NCBI GenBank assembly: GCA_023511585.1
Contig: JAIMBF010000003.1
Location: 6,537-70,536 of the forward strand
DNA from: Terriglobia bacterium
Lineage (GTDB): Bacteria; Pseudomonadota; Alphaproteobacteria; Acetobacterales; Acetobacteraceae
Length of the DNA: 64,000 bases
Direction of reading: 5' to 3'
A model generated the notes under the pieces. That model was not told where the DNA came from and did not search any database. It worked only from the letters and a program-made list of their open reading frames with translations. This document shows, piece by piece, positions 37,754 through 46,094 of the stretch (position 1 is its first letter; every line of letters begins with the position of its first letter). Position numbers and translations under genes: made by a program.

Positions 37754-38734
37754 TTACGCGATTTCTAGCGTAACCTTCACCGCCTTCTGGAGATCCTTGC
37801 CGACTTCCAATGCAGTCAGAGCCTGATCAATCGGGAAACTATGGGTTTGAATCGGCGAAAGGTCGATCTGGGTTCGTTCCAAGAAACGGATCGCGGCGGG
37901 CCAGACGCCCGGCGAGCCAATGCAGCCTTTTACCGACAAGTTCTTGATCTGGATTTTGCCCAACTCCACCGGAATCTTTTGGCCGATATTAATACCGACC
38001 ATCGAGATTTTGCCCTCGGGGCGTGCGTAGTCGAACACATTGGCCAACGAAGCGGCATGACCGGCGCATTCCACCACGAGATCAGCACCACCCTTGGTCA
38101 GCTCCTGTACCGCTTCAACAGGATCGCCGGCCGTAGGATCAACCGTTGCCTCTGCACCCAGCCGTTGAGCAATCTCACGGCGCAGGGGCACGGGATCAAC
38201 CACGATGACACGCGCGCCCATGCCAATCGCCGCCGCCGCCGTCACCAACCCGATAGTGCCGCCGCCGGAGACGACCACGGTATCGGCCGCATTCACGCCG
38301 CCATGGCGCATCACCGCGTAGTAGCCACAGGTGAAAGGTTCGATCATTGCGCCTTTGGCATCGTCCACCGCATCGGGCAGTTTGTGCAACCATTCTGGGC
38401 GAGCGGTGAAATACTCGCGATCGGCTCCGTCCATCGAGAAGCCGAAATGGTGAATCCGCTCCGGCGTGCGAATCACGCATTCACCGACTACCCTATCACC
38501 GGGCGCAAACCCTTTGACATTGGCGCCCACATCAACCACCTCGCCCACCCATTCATGGCCGGGCGTGACCGGGTAGGAGATCGGGATGATGTAGCGCCCG
38601 GCCAGCAATTCGTAATCCGAATGGCAAATGCCGACGCGGCGCGAGCGAATCAGCACGTCGTTTGCCGTCATCTTGGGCATTTGCACCTGGGTTACGACCG
38701 GTTTGTTAGGCGCATCGAAAATCAGCGTTTTCAT
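37754..38734 (-). CDS. Zinc-dependent alcohol/polyol dehydrogenase (sorbitol dehydrogenase-like MDR)
   Basis: From MKTLIFDAPNKP (ATG 38734). Has GICHSDYE, GHEWVGEV and the Rossmann VVSGGGTIG. The upstream ORF extension is not protein-like. Confidence 0.85.
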   Translation of the reverse strand: MKTLIFDAPNKPVVTQVQMPKMTANDVLIRSRRVGICHSDYELLAGRYIIPISYPVTPGHEWVGEVVDVGANVKGFAPGDRVVGECVIRTPERIHHFGFSMDGADREYFTARPEWLHKLPDAVDDAKGAMIEPFTCGYYAVMRHGGVNAADTVVVSGGGTIGLVTAAAAIGMGARVIVVDPVPLRREIAQRLGAEATVDPTAGDPVEAVQELTKGGADLVVECAGHAASLANVFDYARPEGKISMVGINIGQKIPVELGKIQIKNLSVKGCIGSPGVWPAAIRFLERTQIDLSPIQTHSFPIDQALTALEVGKDLQKAVKVTLEIA

Positions 38735-38762
38735 GAACTCCTCCTCAGACTGCAGTGACCGG

Positions 38763-39821
38763 TTAGGCGACGGGTTCGATTTTGCCGCTGCGTGCGGAGA
38801 CGAACACCGCCTCCAGTAACGCGATGGTGTTGATGAGATGATCGGCCGTAATTGGGTACGGCTCGACACCTCGGATCGCGCGCGCAAAAGCCACCAGATT
38901 GTCTTTCACCGGCTCCGCCGGGGGTACCTCAACCGTTCTGGTCGGACCGCCCGTAATCGCCGAAGTGACGATCCAGCCGTCCGGCGCTTCGACATGGGCT
39001 TTGTCGCGTATATCCACCCAGCCCCTCGCGCCGAAAACAGCGAAGCGTGAGATGAACGGATTGGCGAGCGAAGCGGACACATAAGCCGTGCCTCCATGCC
39101 GGAATTTTATGAACGCCGCCACCGTATCGCCTTGCGGCAAATCCGATGACAATCGCTCGCAGATACACCACACGCTCTCCGCGGGGCCCAGCAAGCGAAC
39201 CGAGAGATCGAGTAGGTGGATGCCCGTTGCCGTCATCCCGCCGGCTGGCGCGTGCTCGGCGTTCAACCGCCAATTGTCGCGATTGAGTGTGAGAAACTTG
39301 TCGTGGCTGAAATTCGCCTCAATCTGATGGATGCGTCCCAGCACGCCGGCATCGGCTTTGGCCATGAGGTCAGCAATCGGCGGCTCCCATCGGCGCTCAT
39401 GCCCCATGCCGAGAACAAGCCCTGCTTCGCGGCACAACGCTACGGCACGCTCTGCCCCCGCTTTGGTCAGCGCGAGTGGTTTTTCGCAAAACACATGCTT
39501 GCCCGCTGTCACAGCCGCGGCGATCTGGGCCTCGTGCAACGCATGCGGCGTCGCCAGTATCACCGCTTCAACCTGGGGGTCGCTCAGCGCGTCGGCATAA
39601 TCCGCCGTAAGCGCCACGCCGCGCGAAGCACACAATGCACGTACCGCACTCACGTTGGGCTCGACCGCTCGCACCACGCGAATCTCGTGCGGCACGGTGT
39701 CGAGCACAGATAACATTTTTCTGCCCCACCAGCCCATGCCGATCAGGGCAACACGCACAGGTTCTTCTCTCACCGGTTGTCCACGCGCTTGTGAAACGGA
39801 TGAATGGAGATGGTTTGCCAA
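38763..39821 (-). CDS. Gfo/Idh/MocA-family oxidoreductase
   Basis: Has VRVALIGMGWWGRKM Rossmann and the EKP motif (FCEKPLA). The alternative start GTG 39773 forms a GTGA overlap with the upstream YciI-like stop and may be the real start. Confidence 0.85.
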   Translation of the reverse strand: MANHLHSSVSQARGQPVREEPVRVALIGMGWWGRKMLSVLDTVPHEIRVVRAVEPNVSAVRALCASRGVALTADYADALSDPQVEAVILATPHALHEAQIAAAVTAGKHVFCEKPLALTKAGAERAVALCREAGLVLGMGHERRWEPPIADLMAKADAGVLGRIHQIEANFSHDKFLTLNRDNWRLNAEHAPAGGMTATGIHLLDLSVRLLGPAESVWCICERLSSDLPQGDTVAAFIKFRHGGTAYVSASLANPFISRFAVFGARGWVDIRDKAHVEAPDGWIVTSAITGGPTRTVEVPPAEPVKDNLVAFARAIRGVEPYPITADHLINTIALLEAVFVSARSGKIEPVA

Positions 39822-40054
39822 AGCCCGATGGCGTAGAATGGATCGTTGCGGTTAAACGCTTCCACCTCGGCCAAATTCTCGGCTTCCACGAGAAAGCAAC
39901 TGCCGATCATGGTTTTTTCATCATCGGCGAGAAGCGGGCCGGAAATTAAGGTTTTGATTTTTGCACCCGCCAGGTAAGCCCTGTGCGCGTCGTAATGCGC
40001 AAGCCGCTTCTCGACGGAATTAGGGTGATCAAGACAGTGGATAACGTAGTGCAT
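39770..40054 (-). CDS. YciI-family protein
   Basis: 94 aa starting MHYVIHCLDHP...RLAHYDAHRAYL...GPLL...GSCFLVEAENLAEVEAFNRNDPF, typical of YciI-like proteins. Confidence 0.75.
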   Translation of the reverse strand: MHYVIHCLDHPNSVEKRLAHYDAHRAYLAGAKIKTLISGPLLADDEKTMIGSCFLVEAENLAEVEAFNRNDPFYAIGLWQTISIHPFHKRVDNR

Positions 40055-40075
40055 CGGAAAAATTCCTTGCGGTTG

Positions 40076-41146
40076 TCACGCGGGGATAATCCGTTTTGCC
40101 CGCAACTCGTCGAAGACGTCGAAGAAGCTGCGGGTGGTCTGTTGATAGGCCGTGAAGCCTCTTGTGCGGCTATTTGTCATATCGGTGAAGCATTCCAGCG
40201 TGCGGCCAAGATCAGCATCGCTGTGCCACCATGAGGCAAGGCGGTCTACAGAAATGTCCTGCAGCCCATGCTTCGCTACAATTTCGGCCCAGATTGCCGG
40301 TGCTTCAACCATTTGCTTCTCGAGCGGCGTGGGATGGCCGGGATAATCGCCGACTGCCAGGCCGAAATAATCCGCAATCTGCTGCCACAACCACGTCCAA
40401 CGAAATAAGTCTCCATTGACCACGTTGAACGGCACGTTGGCGGCCTCAGGTGTGGTAGCCGCCCAGTACAATTGTTTTGCCAGCATGCGGGCATCGGTCA
40501 CATCGGTCACTGCGTGGTACTGTTCCGGAGAGCCGGGAAACACAAATGGGCGGCCGGTATGTTTGCAAATAGAAGCATAGACTGCCAACGTCACGGCCAT
40601 GTTCATGGCATTGCCGATAACAAATCCGATCAACGTGTGCGGCCGATGGACCGACCAAGTGAAACCGCGCTGTGCCGCCGCCTCAAACAGCACGTCCTCC
40701 TGAGCGTAGTAGAAATTTGGCCCCGGTAAGCGCGGGCTGTTTTCTAAAAACGGCGTATAGGGTTTGACCTTAGCGTAATCGTCGAACGATCCCAGATAGT
40801 GTTTCAGCCCCGTCACCAGTGCCGCGTGGCGGAGCGGCGCACCGGCGAGGCCGGTGAATAGGTTTTTGATCATCGCCGCATTTACGCGGACGTTTTCTAC
40901 TTCGTTAGCCTGGCGTGACCAAGTGCAGTAAAACACGTGCGTCACATCCCGCGCTGCTGCCAGCGCAGCTTTCGTTGCCGTCGCGTCTTCGAGATTGACT
41001 GCGATGTGGCGATGGGACCACGGTATATCAACCGCACCGCGCGAGAGGGTGACGACCTGCCAACCCTGCTGCTTCAGATAACGCCCCGCATAACTGCCGG
41101 AAAGTCCTGTTGCCCCGACAATTAGTGCAACCTGATCATTGCTCAT
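40076..41146 (-). CDS. Extended SDR / NAD-dependent epimerase-dehydratase-like oxidoreductase
   Basis: From MSNDQVALIVGATGLSGSY (ATG 41146); about 356 aa; extended-SDR-like. Confidence 0.7.
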   Translation of the reverse strand: MSNDQVALIVGATGLSGSYAGRYLKQQGWQVVTLSRGAVDIPWSHRHIAVNLEDATATKAALAAARDVTHVFYCTWSRQANEVENVRVNAAMIKNLFTGLAGAPLRHAALVTGLKHYLGSFDDYAKVKPYTPFLENSPRLPGPNFYYAQEDVLFEAAAQRGFTWSVHRPHTLIGFVIGNAMNMAVTLAVYASICKHTGRPFVFPGSPEQYHAVTDVTDARMLAKQLYWAATTPEAANVPFNVVNGDLFRWTWLWQQIADYFGLAVGDYPGHPTPLEKQMVEAPAIWAEIVAKHGLQDISVDRLASWWHSDADLGRTLECFTDMTNSRTRGFTAYQQTTRSFFDVFDELRAKRIIPA

Positions 41147-41411
41147 GTTGCCAGCCTTGTGTTTGCGACGACCCAGGAAGTGATATTTAAGGTGTGCCAC
41201 AGCCTCATGCTTTGTGGCCGAAAGGAGTCATGGGCTCATCCAACCAACGGATCGCTCCTGAATACAAAACACTTCCTCAACCGTTCTCTTGTGAGGTTGG
41301 CAGAACGTTTGCAGTCTAAAAGGCGCATCGCAGCATCCAAAAAACGCGTCCTTGCCATTGGAGAGGGCCCCTCTTGTCCAGTTTGGATAACTCTCTTGCC
41401 ATGCGATTCCT

Positions 41412-42197
41412 TCAAATCAAAACCATGCCACCATCCGCCATGATGACTTGACCGGTGATGCAATCGGAGTCCGATGACGCCAGGAAAGCCGCCGTGCCAC
41501 CAAGATCTTCGGGCTTTGAAGGATGACCGATCAGAATGCTTGATGAGAAACTTTCGATGAATTCGCCCTTCTGACGGATCACGCCCTTGTCGATCATATC
41601 TTGCTCTAGCCCGTCCCAAAGCGGTGTCACCACCACCCCGGGTGCGAAAGCGTTAACGGTAATCTTGTATTTAGCGAGTTCGCGCGCGCCGGCCTGCGTC
41701 AGCGAAATGACCGCAGCCTTGCTGGCGCAGTAAGGCGCGAATTCCGGATAACCCTGCCGTCCAGCGATCGAGGCGGTGTTGATGATTTTGCCTCCATGCC
41801 CTTGGGCGATCATCTGCCTGGCAGCCTCTTGCATGCCGATCAGCACAGCAAGAGCGTTGACGCGCATGATCGCATTGAAATTTTCTTCGTCAACATCGAA
41901 GAAGGGCAGAGGCTTGTTGAAGCCAGCGTTGTTGAACATGATGTCGATATGGCCGAATGCCACGACGGTTTCGGCGATCATTGCTTTAACTTGCCGGCGG
42001 TCAGCCACATCCACCGCGACCGCGATTGCCCGATATCCGTCGGTCCGTAACGAGCTTGCGACGGCCTCGGCCTTTGCCGCATTCAGATCCGCGACTACAA
42101 CCTGAGCACCCTCTACCGCCAGGCGCCGCACGATGCCTTCGCCTATCCCCTGTGCCGCGCCGGTGACAATAGCTACACGCCCTGAGAGCCGGCTCAT
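41412..42197 (-). CDS. Classical SDR (acetoin reductase / butanediol dehydrogenase-like)
   Basis: From MSRLSGRVAIVTGAAQGIG (ATG 42197). Has NNAG and YCASKAA motifs. The upstream ORF extension to 42404 was rejected. Confidence 0.85.
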   Translation of the reverse strand: MSRLSGRVAIVTGAAQGIGEGIVRRLAVEGAQVVVADLNAAKAEAVASSLRTDGYRAIAVAVDVADRRQVKAMIAETVVAFGHIDIMFNNAGFNKPLPFFDVDEENFNAIMRVNALAVLIGMQEAARQMIAQGHGGKIINTASIAGRQGYPEFAPYCASKAAVISLTQAGARELAKYKITVNAFAPGVVVTPLWDGLEQDMIDKGVIRQKGEFIESFSSSILIGHPSKPEDLGGTAAFLASSDSDCITGQVIMADGGMVLI

Positions 42198-42573
42198 ACC
42201 GTTATCATCCGACAGTCTAAAAGTGCGGTTTCTTTTGCAACGTACAGCATTTCTAAATCCTCCCACGAGCTCATCGCAGCCAACCGAGAGCAAGTCGGCA
42301 CTGATCACCCAAGTTGTTTGCGGCCGCCCTCGGGTGAGACCGCTCTTGTCTTCAAATCGGACGATGCGGACACAGCCGGCAGGGCGGCGATAAAAATGTA
42401 TCAAGACCGCGTGGGCCGGTATCGACTATTTTATCCATATCGGATCAATTATTCGGCCATACGTAAACAAGCCGAAAAAGAGTTGATCCGAAGCGGTTTT
42501 TTTAGAAGTGGCAATAAAGGGATTCCCGCAGGAACGGAGGTGTGATTCAAGCTTTTCGTTTGGGAGGCTTGAT

Positions 42574-42700
42574 CATGCAGAGATATGAGCTGACGGATTT
42601 TGAATGGGGTGTGATTGCGCCGTTGCTGCCGAACAAGCCGTGCGGCGTTCGGGGGTGGATGCCCGGCGGTTTCTGAACCGGATTTTTTGGGTCTTGCAAA
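42574..42700 (+). mobile_element. Degraded N-terminal fragment of an IS5-family (IS427/IS1031-like) transposase gene
   Basis: MQRYELTDF / EWGVIAPLLPNKP / VDARRFLNRIFWVLQTGA are readable only across three frames (at least two frameshifts). The fragment stops abruptly at the junction with repeat copy B. Confidence 0.55.
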
Positions 42701-42976
42701 CAGGCGCGCGTTTGGCAGGCGCTCCGAAAAATCCCGCCCGGGCAGACTGTCAGCTACGCCGATATCGCCGCCGCACTCGGCCAGCCGAATGCGGTCCGCG
42801 CCGTGGCGCGGGCGTGTGCCAGCAACGCCATCGCACTCTTTATCCCCTGCCATCGTGCGGTGCGGTCCGACGGAGGGCTTGCGGGGTATCGATGGGGCGT
42901 GGAACGCAAACGCGCCTTGCTCGCAGCGGAAAAGCGCAGCGTTGAGGAGGCACCGAAGAAGAAAGATCCGGGCTAA
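42701..42976 (+). pseudogene. 5'-truncated ogt/ada fragment (last 91 codons, PCHR site intact, no start codon)
   Basis: Reads QARVWQALRKIPPGQTVSYADIAAALGQPNAVRAVARACASNAIALFIPCHRAVRSDGGLAGYRWGVERKRALLAAEKRSVEEAPKKKDPG*. The frame is closed by TGA at 42674-42676, and no ATG, GTG or TTG codon lies between that stop and the repeat boundary at 42701. Confidence 0.8.
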
Positions 42977-43009
42977 ACCATCCCCCGCACCGCCGAAGCC
43001 GGCCAAGGC
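42701..43009. repeat. Direct repeat copy B (displaced 3' end of an ada/ogt gene)
   Basis: 309 bp collinear with 26169-26477, with 13 substitutions and no indels. Confidence 0.9.
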
Positions 43010-43109
43010 AGTACGATACTTCGTGGCCCAGATGCGCCCGTGCTCAACCTCGGGCGAGATGGTCCGCCGGCGCCCTCCCCCCAGCGTCTCAGGAATTCGA
43101 TAACGAAGT

Positions 43110-43137
43110 TTGCCAATGAAAGCAATTCAATTATAGT
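43110..43137 (+). promoter_or_regulatory. Candidate sigma-70 promoter of the three-gene helicase/methylase operon
   Basis: TTGCCA-16nt-TATAGT in a locally AT-rich spacer about 45 nt upstream of ATG 43180. Confidence 0.4.
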
Positions 43138-43179
43138 CTAAGATTCTCCGTCAAGCACAAATCCTAATCAAGGCCCGGC

Positions 43180-46092
43180 ATGCCGAACGCGATGATGGCA
43201 ACGTCACTCAACCCCGGTTCCATCGTTCGCTGCCGTAATCGAGAATGGGTCCTGTTGCCGGGGCAGACGGATGATATCTGGGCCCTCCGTCCCCTAACCG
43301 GCACCGAAGACGAGGTGGTGCAGGTCCACAGAGCCCTCGCCGATCTGGTGAGCAACGACCTTCCGTCCGAGCAAATCGCGCCCGCATCGTTTCCGCTGCC
43401 GACGGTCGCGGATGTCTCGGACGCCGCCAGTGCGCATCTTCTTTGGCAGGCAGCGCGCCTGACGCTGCGCGAAGGGGCGACACCGTTCCGCTCTCTAGGG
43501 CGGATCTCCATTCGTCCGCGAGTCTATCAGTTCGTGCCGCTGCTGATGGCCCTTCGGCTGAATCCGGTGCGTCTGTTCATCGCCGACGATGTGGGCGTGG
43601 GCAAAACCATCGAAGCGCTTTTGATCGCGCGCGAAATGCTCGATCGCGGTGAGATCAGCCGCTTCTGCGTGCTGTGTCCACCCTATTTATGCGAGCAGTG
43701 GGCAAAGGAGCTCGCCGAGAAGTTCAATCTGGATCCGGTGGTCATACGCTCCGGAACGGTTGGCCAACTCGAGCGCCAAGTCCCGGTCGGGAGAGACAGC
43801 ATCTACGCATACTTCCCAGTACAGGTGGCGAGCATTGACTTCGTCAAGACCGAACGCAACCGTCACCAATTCCTTCACTTCTGCCCCGAGCTCGTCATTG
43901 TGGATGAGGTGCACGGCGCCGCCGAGGCGCCGGGTTCGGCCCAGCAGGAACGGCACGCGCTTCTCCGCAAGGTGGCCGCCAAGGATCCCGCGCGCCACCT
44001 GATCCTTCTCACCGCCACGCCGCACTCCGGTATCGAGGGCACCTTTCGCTCGCTGCTCGGGTTGCTGCGGCCGGAGTTCGCCGCGTGGAATGTTGCCGAT
44101 CTCTCCGAAGAGCAGCGCGATGAGCTCGCCCGCCATTTCGTCCAGCGCACGCGGAAGGATATCGAGCGCGGATGGGAAGCCGCGCATTGTTTCCCCGAGC
44201 GGGAGCCGGTGGATGAGACCTACGCGCTCTCGCACTCCTACCGGAAACTTTTCGAGCAAACTTACGACTTTTGCTCCGAAATTGTCCGCACGGGAGAGCG
44301 CTTGGAACAGCGCAAACGACGCGTGCGTTACTGGGGCGCGCTCGCCCTTATGCGCTGCGTGATGTCAAGTCCGGCGGCCGCGGTGGCGGCACTCGGGAAA
44401 CGGGCCGGCGGGGTCTTGGCGGACGAGGACGAGTCCGAGTTTCGCCCTTTCGTGTTTGAATCGGCGGACGATCGCACCGATGACGAATCACCGGTGCCGC
44501 CTCTTGAAGCGGCGGCGGCAACATTCGCCGACACCGAACGCCGTCAGCTCGCTGAACTCAAGCGGCTGGCGGAGACGCTTCACGGTCCGGAGCACGACAC
44601 GAAGCTCGCCCGGGCCAGCGCGGTTGTGCAGCAACTTCTTGCGGAGGGTTTCTACCCCATTCTTTGGTGCCGCTATGTGGCCACGGCCGAATACCTGGCC
44701 AATCATCTCCGAGAGACTCTCTCGCAGGAAACGCAGGTGGTCTGCGTGACGGGTCGGCTGGCCGATGACGCGCGCCAGGCCAAGATCGAAGCGATCAATG
44801 CCGAGCGTCCGCGGGTGTTGGTGGCGACCGATTGCCTCTCCGAAGGGGTGAACCTGCAGGAAAAATTCACGGCGGTCGTCCACTACGACCTGCCTTGGAA
44901 CCCGAACCGCCTGGAGCAGCGGGAAGGGCGCGTGGATCGCTTCGGGCAGCAAGCCAAGCGGGTCAAGACAGTGCGGTTTTTCGGGCGCGACAACCCCGTG
45001 GATGGCGCCGTGATCGAGGTGCTCCTGGACAAGGCACGCGAAGTCCACCGGACGCTGGGCACCTACCTGCCGGTGCCCGAAGAAGGCGAGAGCGTGACAC
45101 AGGCGGTGCTGGAGGCGCTGTTCCTCAAGGGGCGGCGCGGCGTGGCGCAACAGCTCTCGCTCGACCTCAATTTGCCGGAAGTAGAAAACCTGCACCAACG
45201 CTGGGAGCGCGATGCCGAGCGCGAGCGCACCAACCGCACCAAATTTGCCCAGCGGGCCTTGAAACCCGAAGAAGTCCAGCGCGAACTCGAAGCCACCGAC
45301 GCGGTGCTCGGCGATCCGGACGCCGTCCGCGAGTTCGTCTTGGCGGCGGCCCAACGCCTCGGCTTGCCCGTCAGCCCGGACCGTCGTCCCGGCGTGTTTC
45401 GCATCGCCGTGTCGGCCGAGATACGGAAAACGATGCCGGAGCCCGTCCGCCTCGCCCTACCCGCCATCAAGAACAGCCACTGGCTGGTGAGCTTCCAGTC
45501 CCCCACGCCGGAAGCGGCCGAGTACCTCGGCCGGAACCACCGGTTCGTCACGGCTCTTGCGCGTTTCCTTTTCGAAGAAGCGCTGACGCGCTCCAGCGGT
45601 GCCACCGCCTCGCGCTGCGGCGTGCTGCGCACGCGCGCGGTCGCGGAGCTGACCAAAATTCTCCTGCTGCGCGTGCGTTATCTAACCGAGCAGCCGGAGA
45701 CGAGACCGCTCCTTTCCGAAGAAGTGCTGGTGATGGGCTATCGCGGGGGCCGGGCAAGCGACATCGCATGGCTCGATGAAAACGAGGCGCTCCGGCTGCT
45801 CACCGAGGCGAGGCCGGATGCAAATATCCCGCTGGAGGAGAAGCGCGAGTTGATCCGACACGCGTTGGCGCAATTGGGTGACTGGGCCACCCCCGACGGC
45901 GTATGGGGGACGCAAAACGCGATCCAAAGACACATACGCGGCCGACAGGTTGAACGCGCCGAGGAGCTTACGGAGGCCCACAAGCGCATTCGGCGGAGTG
46001 TCGCGTTGCGCGTGCGGGAGCTCAAGGTGAAGCCGCAGTTGCCGCCTGATCTTCTGGGAATTCTCGTTCTGCAACCGATGCTGCGGGTGTAA
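43180..46092 (+). CDS. SNF2-family helicase (DISARM DrmD-like)
   Basis: 970 aa. Motif I DDVGVGKT, motif II DEVH, motif III LLTATPHSG, helicase-C VLVATDCLSEGVNLQ ... QREGRVDRFGQ. There are extra N-terminal (~130 aa) and C-terminal (~330 aa) regions. Confidence 0.85.
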   Translation: MPNAMMATSLNPGSIVRCRNREWVLLPGQTDDIWALRPLTGTEDEVVQVHRALADLVSNDLPSEQIAPASFPLPTVADVSDAASAHLLWQAARLTLREGATPFRSLGRISIRPRVYQFVPLLMALRLNPVRLFIADDVGVGKTIEALLIAREMLDRGEISRFCVLCPPYLCEQWAKELAEKFNLDPVVIRSGTVGQLERQVPVGRDSIYAYFPVQVASIDFVKTERNRHQFLHFCPELVIVDEVHGAAEAPGSAQQERHALLRKVAAKDPARHLILLTATPHSGIEGTFRSLLGLLRPEFAAWNVADLSEEQRDELARHFVQRTRKDIERGWEAAHCFPEREPVDETYALSHSYRKLFEQTYDFCSEIVRTGERLEQRKRRVRYWGALALMRCVMSSPAAAVAALGKRAGGVLADEDESEFRPFVFESADDRTDDESPVPPLEAAAATFADTERRQLAELKRLAETLHGPEHDTKLARASAVVQQLLAEGFYPILWCRYVATAEYLANHLRETLSQETQVVCVTGRLADDARQAKIEAINAERPRVLVATDCLSEGVNLQEKFTAVVHYDLPWNPNRLEQREGRVDRFGQQAKRVKTVRFFGRDNPVDGAVIEVLLDKAREVHRTLGTYLPVPEEGESVTQAVLEALFLKGRRGVAQQLSLDLNLPEVENLHQRWERDAERERTNRTKFAQRALKPEEVQRELEATDAVLGDPDAVREFVLAAAQRLGLPVSPDRRPGVFRIAVSAEIRKTMPEPVRLALPAIKNSHWLVSFQSPTPEAAEYLGRNHRFVTALARFLFEEALTRSSGATASRCGVLRTRAVAELTKILLLRVRYLTEQPETRPLLSEEVLVMGYRGGRASDIAWLDENEALRLLTEARPDANIPLEEKRELIRHALAQLGDWATPDGVWGTQNAIQRHIRGRQVERAEELTEAHKRIRRSVALRVRELKVKPQLPPDLLGILVLQPMLRV

Positions 46093-46094
46093 GC

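Noticed and set aside
42604-43103. ORFs 42604-42945 and 42615-43103 reading through the IS stub into the repeat
   Set aside because: They read the ogt-derived repeat out of frame (Arg/Pro-rich). The only meaningful readings are the IS5-like fragments and the in-frame but start-less Ogt C-terminus.
43010-43109. About 100 bp between repeat copy B and the operon promoter, whose reverse translation reads RRTISPEVEHGRIWATKYR
   Set aside because: It is too short, and I cannot assign it to any integrase or transposase family from memory. It may be a gene scrap, but that is unsupported.
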